A stretch of 64,000 nucleotides of DNA from positions 3,392,001 to 3,456,000 of the forward strand of contig CAWIPH010000002.1 in NCBI GenBank assembly GCA_963837955.1, in the 5' to 3' direction. The position numbers and the translations under genes were made by a program. This DNA comes from an uncultured Verrucomicrobiae bacterium (GTDB lineage Bacteria; Verrucomicrobiota; Verrucomicrobiia; Chthoniobacterales; JAFAMB01). Positions 19,659 through 29,032 of this stretch are shown here, one piece after another; the stretch's first letter is position 1; every line of letters begins with the position of its first letter. The notes below the pieces were generated by a model. That model was not told the origin of the DNA. It saw only the letters and a program-made list of their open reading frames with translations, and did no database searches.

Positions 19659-19850
19659 GATATTAACAAGCAATGAAAACTTAAGCGCTGCGTCTTGGAT
19701 GAGAAAGTTGTTTTGCGCTACTCGTTAGAGTGGGGGTGAAAACCAGTCGGCCGGCTAGCCTGTATGTCCCCAAATCTCTCAGGATTTCTAACGCATGCAA
19801 GTGATCAGTAATCGAACGACGACACTACCGATCGCCGGAAATTGGCCGAG

Positions 19851-19988
19851 ATGGTGAGTGACGTTTGGGATGGCCGCTCACCACTGCGCCTCGATTCCCT
19901 GCGCACTTTCCCGGTCGTAAGCGACCTGGTCGTCGATGTCTCTGATTTTTTTCAACGCATGTCGGCCACCGATATGTCGATCACCTGA
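19851..19988 (+). pseudogene. fragment resembling a succinate dehydrogenase/fumarate reductase Fe-S subunit
   Basis: Hand translation LRLDSLRTFPVVSDLVVDVSDFFQRM matches the SdhB/FrdB EPL..FPVI.DLVVD...FF segment. Cys clusters are absent. Confidence 0.55.
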
Positions 19989-20169
19989 CCTACCTGGTCA
20001 TCCGATGAGGCAAAACTACGCGAGTTTTTGACCCGGCGGAACTCGCACTGCGCAGACCTACCTCAACACGGCCATCGCCATGAGAAGCAGAAAGAGACTG
20101 GAAAGAAAAATGAACGCTTCCATACGTCTTGTTTTTCCATCGACGGCAGGGACTACCTTCTCACGCGGC

Positions 20170-20622
20170 TCAAAAATAACTTAGATGGTTGAGACCGTTC
20201 TCCAGTTCCACATCAACCGGGGCAGACTGGTCGTCACTTAGTAGAAAGACGAGCTGCATAGGGCTAGCCTCTCTCGGGACTTTCTTCGGATAGGGGATTT
20301 CGTTGTCTACGATCCATTCGCTGTCGTCCGGTAAACGATACACAACAAAAACGTGACTACCCTCAACTGCCGTATTGCGAATATGCCATCGGTAGAATAT
20401 CAGTTGGCCGTGAATCCCGTCAGCTGCCAGCCTCGAAGAAAGCGCTAAGGCATAATCCATACACGCGCCATCTTTGCCTTTTCCTTTCAGAGTCGGATCG
20501 CCAGCAAGTCCGTAGTGTGGTGGCTGACTTAAGCAGAAAGCAGTTAGTAGGAAGTAGACAACTACGCACCCTAATATGATTGTAATGCAATAGCGTTTTG
20601 ACATGTTCTTGTGAAATACCAA
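20170..20622 (-). CDS. secreted transglutaminase-like (Cys-His-Asp) protein
   Basis: N-terminal hydrophobic segment; GACMDYALAL, SHVFVVY and WIVDN have the spacing of transglutaminase-like cysteine proteinases. Confidence 0.6.
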   Translation of the reverse strand: MVFHKNMSKRYCITIILGCVVVYFLLTAFCLSQPPHYGLAGDPTLKGKGKDGACMDYALALSSRLAADGIHGQLIFYRWHIRNTAVEGSHVFVVYRLPDDSEWIVDNEIPYPKKVPREASPMQLVFLLSDDQSAPVDVELENGLNHLSYF

Positions 20623-20928
20623 AACTTACCACTCGATTATTGTTAGCTCGATTGTTCCAAAGGACTGTTTTCAATGACCCGATCGAGCACCTGGGACATC
20701 AATCGATTGAGTCTCCATCATGGTTTTGCCGGCGTAGGACGAGGCCCGTCGGACTCATGGGATCTGGTTCCTAGGGCTTCACCCTAGGCTATCTTGAGAC
20801 GCGCCTTCCGCCTTCGCAAAGCTTCCGCACGATTGGTCATTGCAACGAATGCTTCGGCGGACAAGTCGGCGCTGCCGGCGATTCGCAGAGTAAAACCTCC
20901 ATCACGCCCCTAAAGCAGCCATCGACCA

Positions 20929-20968
20929 GTTCTCGGCGCACCCGGCGTTCTCGGCGTTCTCGGCGTTT
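20929..20968. repeat. 9-mer tandem repeat (GTTCTCGGC-like, four copies) downstream of the sugar porter
   Basis: gttctcggc gcacccggc gttctcggc gttctcggc gttt. Confidence 0.6.
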
Positions 20969-22362
20969 CAGTCAACTCCCAATTCTCGCAACGGACGTCC
21001 TGCACGCAGATCCCGTTCGATCCGCTCGAGGGGCACTCCTTTGGTTTCAGGAACGAAGCGGAAGCAGAACCAGAGGCCGGCCAACGAAAGGACGGCGTAC
21101 AAGAGAAATGTCGAAACACTGCCTAGTTTATTCAGCAGGCTCAAAAACGTGAGTGACACCAGAAAATTGCTAAGCCAGTTAGCCATTGTAGCGACGCTGG
21201 CCGCCTGACCCCGAATGTTGAGTGGGAAAATTTCTGAGATCAACAGCCAGAAAACCGGTCCAAGCCCGATAGCGAAGGAGGCGATGTAGAGAGCCAGGCT
21301 GAGCACCCCAATCCACTTCAGGGCTACTCCGCCGATCGCGAATCCCAGACCGAGGGCCGCAAGGGACAAAGACATCCCACCTAGACTCGCTAACAGTAAA
21401 GGCCGGCGACCTACCCGATCGAGGAGAGGAATTGAAATCACGGTCACTAGCACGTTCACTAGTCCTACCCCTGCGGTGGCAATGATGGAGCCTGCGGCGG
21501 ACTGAAAGCCGGCTTGTTGGAAGATCGTCGGAGCGTAGTAGATAACAGTGTTGATCCCGGTAATTTGCTGAATGATGGCTAGTGCGACGCCCAAGAAGAG
21601 TACCCGCATGACAAACGGCGAAAACAAATCCGCCAGCTTGCCTCGGCCGGACTCTGCGTGCTCAAGAATGTCGTTTACTTCCGGCATGATTTCTTTGGGT
21701 TCGCGGATCCGGGACAGAACCTTGAGCGCCTCTTGTTTGTGCTGGTGCAGCAATAACCAACGCGGACTTTCCGGCAGCACAGCAATTCCCAGCCCGAGTG
21801 CCAAAGCCGGGAAAACGCCAAAGCCAAACATCCACCGCCAGTTCCCGCTCGAAGCGAACCCGGCGTCAACGATATAGGCAACGAGGATGCCCACGGTAAT
21901 GGCCAGTTGGTTCAGCGTGACGAGGCCGCCGCGCAGCTTGGGCGGTGCCATTTCGCCGATGTAGAGTGGAGCGGTATAGGAAGCGACACCGATCGCGAGA
22001 CCGATCGCGATTCGCCCCACGATCAATATCCCGGTGCTCGTGGCTATGGCGCACAGAATTGATCCGACGGCAAAAATGCCTGCAGTGATAAGGATCGCCC
22101 ATTTGCGTCCAATGCGGTCGGTCAAGCGTCCGCTCAGAACAGAGCCGCAAACGGCTCCAACCAGAGCCGCGCTCACTAAGACTTCTTCAGCAAATGGCGT
22201 TAATCCGAATTCTCCCTTGATAAAGAGAATTGCGCCAGAGATAACTCCGGTATCAAAGCCGAACAGAAGCCCGGCCAGCGCGGCGGTCGCCGCCACTATT
22301 TTAACAAAATGAGGAGAGTGTTTGGCCCCTGACGAGGTAGTAATCTGAGCTATTGAATCCAT
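20968..22362 (-). CDS. sugar porter family MFS transporter (GalP/XylE-like)
   Basis: GLLFGFDTGVISGA, DRIGRK, PESPRWL, QQITGINTVIYYAP and PETKG. Confidence 0.97.
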   Translation of the reverse strand: MDSIAQITTSSGAKHSPHFVKIVAATAALAGLLFGFDTGVISGAILFIKGEFGLTPFAEEVLVSAALVGAVCGSVLSGRLTDRIGRKWAILITAGIFAVGSILCAIATSTGILIVGRIAIGLAIGVASYTAPLYIGEMAPPKLRGGLVTLNQLAITVGILVAYIVDAGFASSGNWRWMFGFGVFPALALGLGIAVLPESPRWLLLHQHKQEALKVLSRIREPKEIMPEVNDILEHAESGRGKLADLFSPFVMRVLFLGVALAIIQQITGINTVIYYAPTIFQQAGFQSAAGSIIATAGVGLVNVLVTVISIPLLDRVGRRPLLLASLGGMSLSLAALGLGFAIGGVALKWIGVLSLALYIASFAIGLGPVFWLLISEIFPLNIRGQAASVATMANWLSNFLVSLTFLSLLNKLGSVSTFLLYAVLSLAGLWFCFRFVPETKGVPLERIERDLRAGRPLRELGVD

Positions 22363-22489
22363 AAGCGCACCTTGGAAAAAGAAATAGTAATTACTGGCTC
22401 CGGGAAGTTTTTTTACCCAATTTCGGCAAACCTATTGCTGATCATCATCACCGATAGCGATCAGCCTCCGTTCCGGTGGGGTTGCCGCG

Positions 22490-23341
22490 TTAGGCAGGAG
22501 ACGGACCCGAGGAAATGCCGGTTTGATTCAGGACAAAACGCTCAATCGCGTGAGCGAACCCTTCCTCTTCATTTGAATCAGTAACGAAGTTAGCTTCCGC
22601 TTGGACTTCCTTGCTGGCGTTACCCATAGCGATGCTCATCCCGCTCTTGTTGAACATCAATACGTCATTGGGCATATCGCCAATGGTGGCGATGCTGCTC
22701 TTCGGTATAAGGTAAACGCACGCCAGAAAATCAACCACGCTCCCCTTATTCGCAGCGGGGTGGGTAACATCTAGATAGTACGGCTGCGATCGCGCCGCCG
22801 AAACGTGGTTGCCCAGCTCTTCCTGTACTTTTTTTTCGCACTCTGCCACTGCTTCGAGGTCATCGCTGACACCGACAATTTTTGCCGCTTGCGCGAGATA
22901 TTGGGAATAGTTCGAAGTTACCTCCGGCCCAAACCCGACGGTCTTACTCTCCCGATCGACATGCGGCCCTTTTGGATCTTGGACGTACCATGCTGTATCG
23001 GTGTAAAGCCATGCAACCAGCCCGTGCTCCCCGATCAACTCGATCGTGCGGGCCGTAGCATCCTTCGGTAAATCACGCATCACAATGGGATCCAGTCTGG
23101 GAGTAATAAAAACGCCTCCGTTGAATCCTGCCACTACCGTTGTGATGCTGAGATCTCTGATCAAGGTTTGCATGCCGCGCGGCGGCCGCCCGCTGGTAAT
23201 AGCAAATGCGATTCCCGCTTCGCCCAATTTGGCCACCGACTCCCGAGCCTTGGCAGTGAGCACCTTCTCCTGAGTGACTAGTGTTCCGTCCACGTCGGCT
23301 AGGACCAGCTGTATACGATTTTCGTTTTTGTATGGTTTCAT
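22490..23341 (-). CDS. Cof-type HAD-IIB family hydrolase (sugar phosphatase-like)
   Basis: DVDGTL, TSGRP, NKG, IGDMPND and AMGNA. Confidence 0.95.
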   Translation of the reverse strand: MKPYKNENRIQLVLADVDGTLVTQEKVLTAKARESVAKLGEAGIAFAITSGRPPRGMQTLIRDLSITTVVAGFNGGVFITPRLDPIVMRDLPKDATARTIELIGEHGLVAWLYTDTAWYVQDPKGPHVDRESKTVGFGPEVTSNYSQYLAQAAKIVGVSDDLEAVAECEKKVQEELGNHVSAARSQPYYLDVTHPAANKGSVVDFLACVYLIPKSSIATIGDMPNDVLMFNKSGMSIAMGNASKEVQAEANFVTDSNEEEGFAHAIERFVLNQTGISSGPSPA

Positions 23342-23375
23342 GATTAATGGATTCTTTCCTTCGCCAGGAGTTCAC

Positions 23376-23498
23376 TCACCACGCGCTCCGCTCGAAACCG
23401 AACCTTTTCTGAAACTCTTTGAGCGGGAGAGCCTTGGCGGTCGTCAGACCGCCGAAACCACCGCCTACGATCCTGATACATGGGACGCGCTCTCGCAT
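23376..23498 (-). pseudogene. chimeric deletion scar: NADH dehydrogenase-like 5' end fused to a transketolase 3' end
   Basis: Hand translation MRERVPCIRIVGGGFGGLTTAKAL-PLKEFQKRFGFE. The second half matches the tkt C-terminus APLKELQKKFGFE at 26975-27013. Confidence 0.8.
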
Positions 23499-23532
23499 GG
23501 CGTCTCCATCCTATACCCAGGAAAGTCCCCTA

Positions 23533-23589
23533 GCTATGACTCGAAAGAAGGTTTTGCTGTCTAGCCGTTTGGTTAGTCAAGACTCCATT
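23533..23589 (-). promoter_or_regulatory. 57-bp conserved upstream element, copy A
   Basis: 52/57 identical by hand count to 38247-38303. Contains TTGACT on the minus strand. Lies upstream of the scar-HAD-sugar porter genes. Confidence 0.7.
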
Positions 23590-23637
23590 CGGGCTGCCGT
23601 CGAAGGTTCGACGGCCACGTTTCGCTCAGCCGAGCGA

Positions 23638-25425
23638 TTAGAAGAACCACTCAACCTGAGTACCAAACAACCAGCCGTCGTTGGATTTGGCGCTGGCGTA
23701 GGGCGCAGTCGAAAACCCGCCAATGTTGCCACCTTCTCCAATTGACGTGGTAGCGCCGCGCAGAGAGTCGGTCCAGATGGCGTAAGTTGCGAAGACGCGA
23801 AGCTCCGGACGGGTAAAATATCCACCCTTCGGCTTAATCGTCGGAGCGATAGTGAAAACTCCCATCGATCCGCTGCGACCGTAGGCAGTGGTTCCTTGAA
23901 AACCGCGGACGTTATCCTGGTAGCTCCCGAAAGCTTGTCCCCCGATCGCGATGTTATCGGCAATCCAGTAGTAAGGTCTGATACCGGCCTCGAACAGGTT
24001 ACGCGTGCCAGGAGCTTCCCGGAAGGATGTACCTGGGCCCTGGTTGCCAAATGTGCGAAAACCGGCCGAATCCTGTTGCCAGAATCCCCAGTTGGCAACG
24101 GTGAAACAAGGGTTGGGATTCCAGACAAAGAACCAACCGGCTCGAAAGGCACGCTGCTTCTGGATTGCGTTTCCGGCATCGATTCGGACCCCAGCCGGGG
24201 TCAAAGGATTCTTAGCCAGGAACGCGCCTTCGAATCCTGTGATTGTGGCGGTGTCAGTCCCGGCGCTGAAGTTGGTCGCTCCAAAGCCGAACAAAGCCCA
24301 GAACTCGAGGAGGCTCTTAGGGCCGATGGCGCTGAGATCGATCGCGTAGGCCGCGCCGCCACCGAGGCCCCAGGCGTCGGAAGTGTGAAGCGGATTGGTC
24401 AATTTGATTACATTCCCTTCCGCATCGTAACCCTGGGTGAACGTTGTGCCCTTCTCGTAGTTGGCAATACCGAACAGCATTAATTTCCCGGGACCAACCG
24501 AGACATCCTTCAACCGGACATCGAGACTATGCTTGTAGAACGTACCCGTAGCGGTGGAGAAAAGCGTGTCATTCAGGCCGCCGATATAGGCCACCCAGAG
24601 TTTACCGATGCCGACATCGATGTTCTTGACCCCGGCGCCATACCCGGACATGTCGAGCCAATAATAATCCATCGGCTCGACCTGCTGGCGGTCATAGAAC
24701 CGCTCACCTGCCCAAAAGGTAATTTCCGAAGCGCCCTTGAACACATTGCTCATTTCGAGGAACGCTTCGCGCAAGACGAAACGAAAATCGTTGCCAGCTT
24801 CCTCGACTCCAGTAGAAGGCGCGACGGTGAAGGTGTTGCGGTTCTGCTGGTAAACAATTGCGGGCGTGAATCGCATAGAGACATCCATCACGTCCGGGTT
24901 ATCACCCAACATATGGACTTGTTGCCAGGTTAACTCCATGTAGGTGTCGTTTTCGTTGCCGAGACGCGGACGGCCGCCCTCGTTGTCGGGCGGTTCGAAG
25001 TTGAAGTTACCGCCGCCACCATTGCCATTAAATTGGACACCCACGCGAACATAAGCCGAAAAGGTGAAATTCCGGGTCAGCGACTTGAGGAACGATTCGT
25101 CAAGCGCCGGGCCTTTGCCTTCATACTGCTTGCCGTCTGCATCAGTCAGAACGTGCGTATTCAGAATCGATCCGGAATCCGCTTTGGATTTGAGCGACTG
25201 GACCTCGGCTTCCATGTTCGAGATACGGTCCTCGTACTGTCTCTGCATTTTTTCCATTCGGGCCTCGGATTCCCGCTGCATTTTCTCCATCTGCGCCTTC
25301 AAAGCAGCAACATCACTCGAGTCAGAGTCCTGGGCGTGAACTGTCGCTGCGGCCAAAAGCGGCAAGCTCGCGACAAATAAAGCTCTAAGACCCAGCCGGA
25401 GGTAGGAGCCAATCGGAAAACACAT
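23638..25425 (-). CDS. carbohydrate porin, LamB/ScrY family, with N-terminal coiled coil
   Basis: Signal peptide, coiled coil, RLGNENDTYMEL, FWAGERFY, DYYWLDMSGYGAG, RPELRVFATY and terminal FGTQVEWFF. Confidence 0.92.
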   Translation of the reverse strand: MCFPIGSYLRLGLRALFVASLPLLAAATVHAQDSDSSDVAALKAQMEKMQRESEARMEKMQRQYEDRISNMEAEVQSLKSKADSGSILNTHVLTDADGKQYEGKGPALDESFLKSLTRNFTFSAYVRVGVQFNGNGGGGNFNFEPPDNEGGRPRLGNENDTYMELTWQQVHMLGDNPDVMDVSMRFTPAIVYQQNRNTFTVAPSTGVEEAGNDFRFVLREAFLEMSNVFKGASEITFWAGERFYDRQQVEPMDYYWLDMSGYGAGVKNIDVGIGKLWVAYIGGLNDTLFSTATGTFYKHSLDVRLKDVSVGPGKLMLFGIANYEKGTTFTQGYDAEGNVIKLTNPLHTSDAWGLGGGAAYAIDLSAIGPKSLLEFWALFGFGATNFSAGTDTATITGFEGAFLAKNPLTPAGVRIDAGNAIQKQRAFRAGWFFVWNPNPCFTVANWGFWQQDSAGFRTFGNQGPGTSFREAPGTRNLFEAGIRPYYWIADNIAIGGQAFGSYQDNVRGFQGTTAYGRSGSMGVFTIAPTIKPKGGYFTRPELRVFATYAIWTDSLRGATTSIGEGGNIGGFSTAPYASAKSNDGWLFGTQVEWFF

Positions 25426-25757
25426 TTTATCTTCCTTGATTGCGCGAGGTTACCGCCGCGCCTCGCGACGTTGACTAGAAAAGCGCTCACAAGCGATAAC
25501 GAAACGGCGAACAGTTCGTCAAGAGAAAATCAAAAAAATCCTGACCCGCTTCCCAACAGGCAGAAAGGCTCAAGATAGTTGGCCTAGAGACGGCGTCGAG
25601 CGACAGCGAGATGAGTTGTACAAGTCAAACAACACGCGGTAGCACAGGGCTCACCGGGCATTCTGCTAATTCTCAAAAGGGCGCGCCACATCCTGGTGGG
25701 AATCCCTTCCCATCAGGATCATCACAAGCCCCACGCGGTAATTATCTCGGAGACTTT

Positions 25758-25946
25758 TCAACACCCAAACAGCTGACGCCAAAGATCATATGTTTCGGTT
25801 TCGTTGCACGAATTTCTTACTTGGCCCTGGTAGTGAGCGGCCTTTACTGGTTTAGGAGAGTCCGGCTGTGCCTTGGTATCGGCCACGCTCGCCGCAAACG
25901 TCAACGCAATAACTGGAAGAGCCGCTTTTTTCACTAATTTCCTCAT
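25758..25946 (-). pseudogene. internally deleted paralog of the YHS-domain gene
   Basis: Signal peptide followed by KPVK..YQG..ETYDLWRQLFGC, compared with KPVK..YQG..ETYNRWRQLFGS in 26323-26769. Confidence 0.65.
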
Positions 25947-26322
25947 TACTTTCATTCCCTTCAATTCTATTTCTCTTACTCTAGATACTAACGGGCAGCT
26001 CTTTGCATCGCCATTGGTAGACCGGGCCAGGTTTCTCCACCCGAAAGACCTACCCATTCATCATCCGCAAGGGGGTCAATGAAACCGATCGCCTGATTGC
26101 CAAGCCTCGCCTGCCGGGCCGTCAGTTTCCTACCCCCCGCGGCGCGGTAGCATTTTTCGATGCTGGCCAACTGGCGTTACTGCTGCTTTTTAAGATACAA
26201 CTCGAGTCGAGTCAGTTGGAGCAAGCCGGAGATGATGAGTAAACCGTCTGAACATCTGCTTGAGAGATCTGTTACTCAGGAGAATGATGGATACCGGATG
26301 AACTACGAAAAATCGCAAAATA

Positions 26323-26769
26323 ATGAAAACTATCTCAACTCTCCTGGTAACTCTCATTGCAACGGCTTGTGTTTTTGCTGACGCAAAGAAATCTAGGTTT
26401 GCTCTAGACTCGCAGGGCGTAGCGATCCAAGGCTACGACCCTATCGCTTATTTTAAGCAAAACAAACCGGTAAAAGGTTCGCCAGCTAACCAAAGCGTTT
26501 ATCAAGGAGCGAAGTTCTACTTTGCCTCTGCCGCCGACAAAAATGAATTCGACAAAAACCCCGACAAATACGCGCCAGCTTACGGCGGCTATTGCGTCAA
26601 TAACCTAAGAAAAGGCAAGTTAGTGAACGGCGATCCTAACGTGTTCTTTCTCTACAAGGGAAAACTCTACTTTTGCAGCGAAAAGAAAGGCGTAGAAGAG
26701 TTCCAGAAAAATATGTCCCAGAATTTGGACGAAACCTATAATCGCTGGCGTCAGCTGTTTGGGTCATAG
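26323..26769 (+). CDS. secreted YHS domain protein
   Basis: Signal peptide, AIQGYDPIAYF, YQGAKFYFAS and PDKYAPAYGGYC. Confidence 0.92.
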   Translation: MKTISTLLVTLIATACVFADAKKSRFALDSQGVAIQGYDPIAYFKQNKPVKGSPANQSVYQGAKFYFASAADKNEFDKNPDKYAPAYGGYCVNNLRKGKLVNGDPNVFFLYKGKLYFCSEKKGVEEFQKNMSQNLDETYNRWRQLFGS

Positions 26770-26925
26770 CCAGTCCCCAGGCTAGAGACGCTAACCCGAC
26801 TCTCAGCGAGGCTGTACATGAAGCGGCCGGCGCCGCATTCAGCTAGAGCGATCCATATTTGATTGGTGGGCCCGTCGGACTCATGGGACTCATGGGTCGT
26901 ATAGGACTCATAGGTCCCATGTGAC

Positions 26926-28995
26926 TTATGAGTTTTTCCCTACGAGTTCTCTTGCCGCGGTCACAACGTGGTCAGGCTCAAAGCCGAATTTTTTCTGAAG
27001 CTCTTTGAGCGGCGCTGAAGCACCAAAGGTGTGCATGCCGACAACACGGCCATCTTGACCGACGTAGCGCTCCCACCCCAAAGTGGAAGCTTGCTCGATC
27101 GCGACTCGCGCCTTGACGTTTGGCGGAAACACGCTGTTCCGATACTCCGGCGTCTGGTGTTCGAAGATGTCCCAAGACGGCATCGAAACCACGCGGGCGC
27201 GGATGCCTTCGGCCAACAGCTTCTCATGGGCTTCTACAGCGAGACTGACCTCGCTGCCCGACGCGATAAGAATCACTTCAGGATTTCCGTCTGGGGCATC
27301 AGCAAGTACATAGGCGCCACGCGCGACGCCGGATGCCGGTGCGTATCTGTTCCGATCCAACGTTGGCAAAGGCTGGCGCGACAGTGTCAGGACAGCCGGC
27401 TGGTGGCGTAACTGCATGATGTAGCGGTAAGCCTCAACCACCTCGTTAGCGTCGCCCGGCCGCAGCGTGACCAGTCCGGGGATGGCCCGCAACGAGAGAA
27501 GTTGCTCCACCGGTTGGTGCGTCGGGCCGTCCTCTCCGTCACCCATAGCGTCGTGCGTGAAGACAAACAGGGTCGGCAACTCCATCAAGGCAGATAGTCG
27601 GATGGCAGGTCGCGCGTAATCGCTAAAGATAAAAAATGTCGCACCAAAGGCTCGAATCTTAGACAGAGAAAGCCCGTTCACGGTCGCCGCCATTGCGTGT
27701 TCCCGAATGCCGAAATGCAGATTCTTCCCACCTGGGCTGTCAGCCTGGAAATCTCCCGCACCCTCGTAGGTCAGGGTGGTCTTGTTCGAAGGTCCCAGAT
27801 CCGCGGAGCCCCCGAGTAACCAGGGAATATTCTGCGCGAGTACGTTAAGCACCTTGCCGGAGGCATCTCGCCCCGCTAAGCCCTTCTGGTCGCTTGGAAA
27901 AACGGGTAAATTGCGGTCCCAATCGACGGGGAGCTCCCGTCGCTGCATCAGGTCAATCTCGTTAGCAAGTCCAGGGTGCTTGACTGCGTAGGCGGCGAAG
28001 AGGTCCGTCCATTGATGTCTGGCTTCTGCCCCGCGCACACCCACTCCAGCCGCAAAGTGTTCCCGGACGCCATCGGGGACCAGAAACTTCGCGTCCTCAG
28101 GCCACCCATAGCTGCGTTTACACAGGCGGATTTCTTCGTCGCCGAGTGGCTCCCCATGGGCTGCGGCAGTGTCTTGCTTATGTGGGGAACCGTAGCCGAT
28201 GTGGCTGTCCAGAATGAGGAAGGTGGGACGGCCCTTCGTCTGGCGAAAGACCTGCAGGGCATCCTCGATCCGATCGATGTCGTTAGCGTCGCCGACCCGA
28301 AGAACGTTCCACCCGTAACCCAGGAATCGGGTCGCGATGTCCTCCGTGAAGGCGATTCGCGTATTTCCTTCGATAGTGATGTGGTTGTTGTCGTAGATCC
28401 AGCAGAGGTTATCGAGACCCAGATGGCCGGCCAGTGACGCCGCTTCCGAAGCGATGCCCTCCATCATGCAACCGTCTCCACAAACGGCATAGATATGGTA
28501 GTCGAAAACATCGAAGCCAGGCTGGTTGTAGCGGCTGGCGAGCCACTTCTGGCCGATCGCCATACCTACGCTGGTGGCAACGCCCTGCCCGAGTGGGCCG
28601 CTGGTGGTCTCGACGCCCGACACCCAGTGGTACTCGGGGTGCCCTGGCGCCTTGCTGTCGAGCTGCCGGAAACGGCGTATGTCGTCGAGCGAGACCGAGG
28701 GTTGTCCCAGCCGCTCGTAATCGGCGTTCACCGCTTTGGTCCCGGTTAGGTGTAGCACGGACCAGAGCAGCATCGAAGCGTGACCGTTCGAGAGTACGAA
28801 CCGATCGCGGTTAGGCCAAATCGGGTCCTCCGGGTCGAACCGCATGACGCGATTCCAGATCGTATAGACCAACGGCGCCAGCGCCATCGGCGTGCCGGGA
28901 TGTCCGGACTTGGCCTGTTGCACCGCGTCTATCGAGAGGGTGCGGATTGTGTTAATCGACAATTGATCTAATTCCTGGTTGGTCATGGGATTCAT
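26926..28995 (-). CDS. tkt: transketolase
   Basis: SGHPG, RDRFVLSNGH, GDGCMMEG TPP motif, FGIREHAM and GEDGPTHQPVE. Confidence 0.98.
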   Translation of the reverse strand: MNPMTNQELDQLSINTIRTLSIDAVQQAKSGHPGTPMALAPLVYTIWNRVMRFDPEDPIWPNRDRFVLSNGHASMLLWSVLHLTGTKAVNADYERLGQPSVSLDDIRRFRQLDSKAPGHPEYHWVSGVETTSGPLGQGVATSVGMAIGQKWLASRYNQPGFDVFDYHIYAVCGDGCMMEGIASEAASLAGHLGLDNLCWIYDNNHITIEGNTRIAFTEDIATRFLGYGWNVLRVGDANDIDRIEDALQVFRQTKGRPTFLILDSHIGYGSPHKQDTAAAHGEPLGDEEIRLCKRSYGWPEDAKFLVPDGVREHFAAGVGVRGAEARHQWTDLFAAYAVKHPGLANEIDLMQRRELPVDWDRNLPVFPSDQKGLAGRDASGKVLNVLAQNIPWLLGGSADLGPSNKTTLTYEGAGDFQADSPGGKNLHFGIREHAMAATVNGLSLSKIRAFGATFFIFSDYARPAIRLSALMELPTLFVFTHDAMGDGEDGPTHQPVEQLLSLRAIPGLVTLRPGDANEVVEAYRYIMQLRHQPAVLTLSRQPLPTLDRNRYAPASGVARGAYVLADAPDGNPEVILIASGSEVSLAVEAHEKLLAEGIRARVVSMPSWDIFEHQTPEYRNSVFPPNVKARVAIEQASTLGWERYVGQDGRVVGMHTFGASAPLKELQKKFGFEPDHVVTAARELVGKNS

Positions 28996-29032
28996 ATCCT
29001 GGGCGTTAGCCTATTTTTGCGTTCCAAGCGTC

